Positions 63,454 through 64,000 of a stretch of DNA of 64,000 nt are shown here, piece after piece. Origin of the DNA: a virus; IMG/VR virus record IMGVR_UViG_3300045988_144650; one strand, written 5' to 3'. The stretch's first letter is position 1. Each line of letters opens with the position of its first letter. Both the position numbers and the translations under genes were made by a program. The notes beneath the pieces were generated by a model. It made no database searches. It saw only the letters and a list, made by a program, of their open reading frames with translations, and had not been told where the DNA came from.

Positions 63454-63645
63454 ATGCGTTTCGTTTATGTAATGAAGAAGGAAGACAAGGACAAGATGGT
63501 CGCGATGGGTTATTCGCTGATCAAAGAGGACAAGCGAAATCATATTTGGGTGTTTGAGAACAAGGATGTAGCTACATTTGCATCCGAGGACGAAATCACC
63601 AATGCAGGTGTCTCATTTGTTCTGTCAGATATGCTTACATTCTGA
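63454..63645 (+). CDS. Hypothetical small protein.
   Basis: 63-aa ORF after AAGGAGG. Confidence 0.35.
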   Translation: MRFVYVMKKEDKDKMVAMGYSLIKEDKRNHIWVFENKDVATFASEDEITNAGVSFVLSDMLTF

Positions 63646-63697
63646 GGTGGGAGTCGCATCCCACCTCTCACTATATTTTGGAGAGGCGGTGATGTAA

Positions 63698-64000
63698 TTG
63701 GACGAACACATGAAGATTACATACAGCTCTTCTGTCGAGAAACTGTGCGAGGTTAATAGCTCGTTTGATGCAGGCGTGCTCAAGGTGGCCTATGTTGGCA
63801 AAAACCGTAATGGATCAAGCATTTCTAAGGAAGCGTTTGAACGCAGTATGAGCACAATTTACAACTGCCCCATTGTTTGCAATTACAACCGGGAGCGTGA
63901 CGAGATCGGTAGTCACGATGTAGAGATCGTGATGAAAGACGGTTCTGCGAGAATTGTCAACATTACTCAGCCGGTCGGCGTAATTCCCGAAAGTGCTAAA
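63698..64000 (+). CDS. Phage morphogenesis or structural protein, partial (runs off the right edge).
   Basis: Open frame from a TTG or ATG after GGAGAGG to the window end, downstream of the portal gene. Confidence 0.35.
   Translation, partial: MDEHMKITYSSSVEKLCEVNSSFDAGVLKVAYVGKNRNGSSISKEAFERSMSTIYNCPIVCNYNRERDEIGSHDVEIVMKDGSARIVNITQPVGVIPESAK

Overview
The whole 64 kb window reads as one large (pro)phage genome of a Firmicutes/Clostridia-like host. There are no host housekeeping genes, the ORFs are tightly packed and mostly small, and a lysogeny repressor, two tyrosine recombinases and terminase/portal genes are present. From 1 to 47.5 kb nearly every gene is on the minus strand, with an HTH-S24 CI-like repressor (+) inserted at 5.7 kb. 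From 49.8 kb a near-consensus promoter drives a plus-strand block: recombinase, P-loop ATPase, a 944-aa protein with a DFDGD motif (YonO-like single-subunit RNA polymerase candidate), metallophosphoesterase, integrase, HU, terminase large subunit and portal. The minus-strand block carries a left-end recombination module (PD-(D/E)xK exonuclease, SSB, ERF, HD hydrolase) and a MazF-like toxin. It also carries a NifS cysteine desulfurase, two small radical SAM enzymes, three paralogs sharing an invariant 18-aa N-terminus, and an RNA end-repair toolkit (Thg1-like, CCA-adding enzyme, pol-beta nucleotidyltransferase, RtcB ligase). Alongside these are six or seven tRNA or tRNA-like genes (one with a ~39-nt variable arm, one degenerate), a flotillin with a YebE-like membrane protein, a lytic transglycosylase, a retron-type reverse transcriptase and an E1-like/JAB pair. 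Two families of repeated, structured intergenic elements with compensatory stem changes stand out. Family 1 has five copies, three of ~330 nt, with a1/a2-type terminal inverted repeats; one copy sits directly 5' of the RT, like a retron ncRNA. Family 2 has four ~50-nt two-hairpin copies placed 9-14 nt upstream of candidate promoters. A GC-rich island holds 4 x 61-bp tandem repeats next to a sigma-region-4-like regulator driven by a perfect TTGACA-17-TATAAT promoter. All calls rest on reading the translations and the DNA by eye; no database searches were run.
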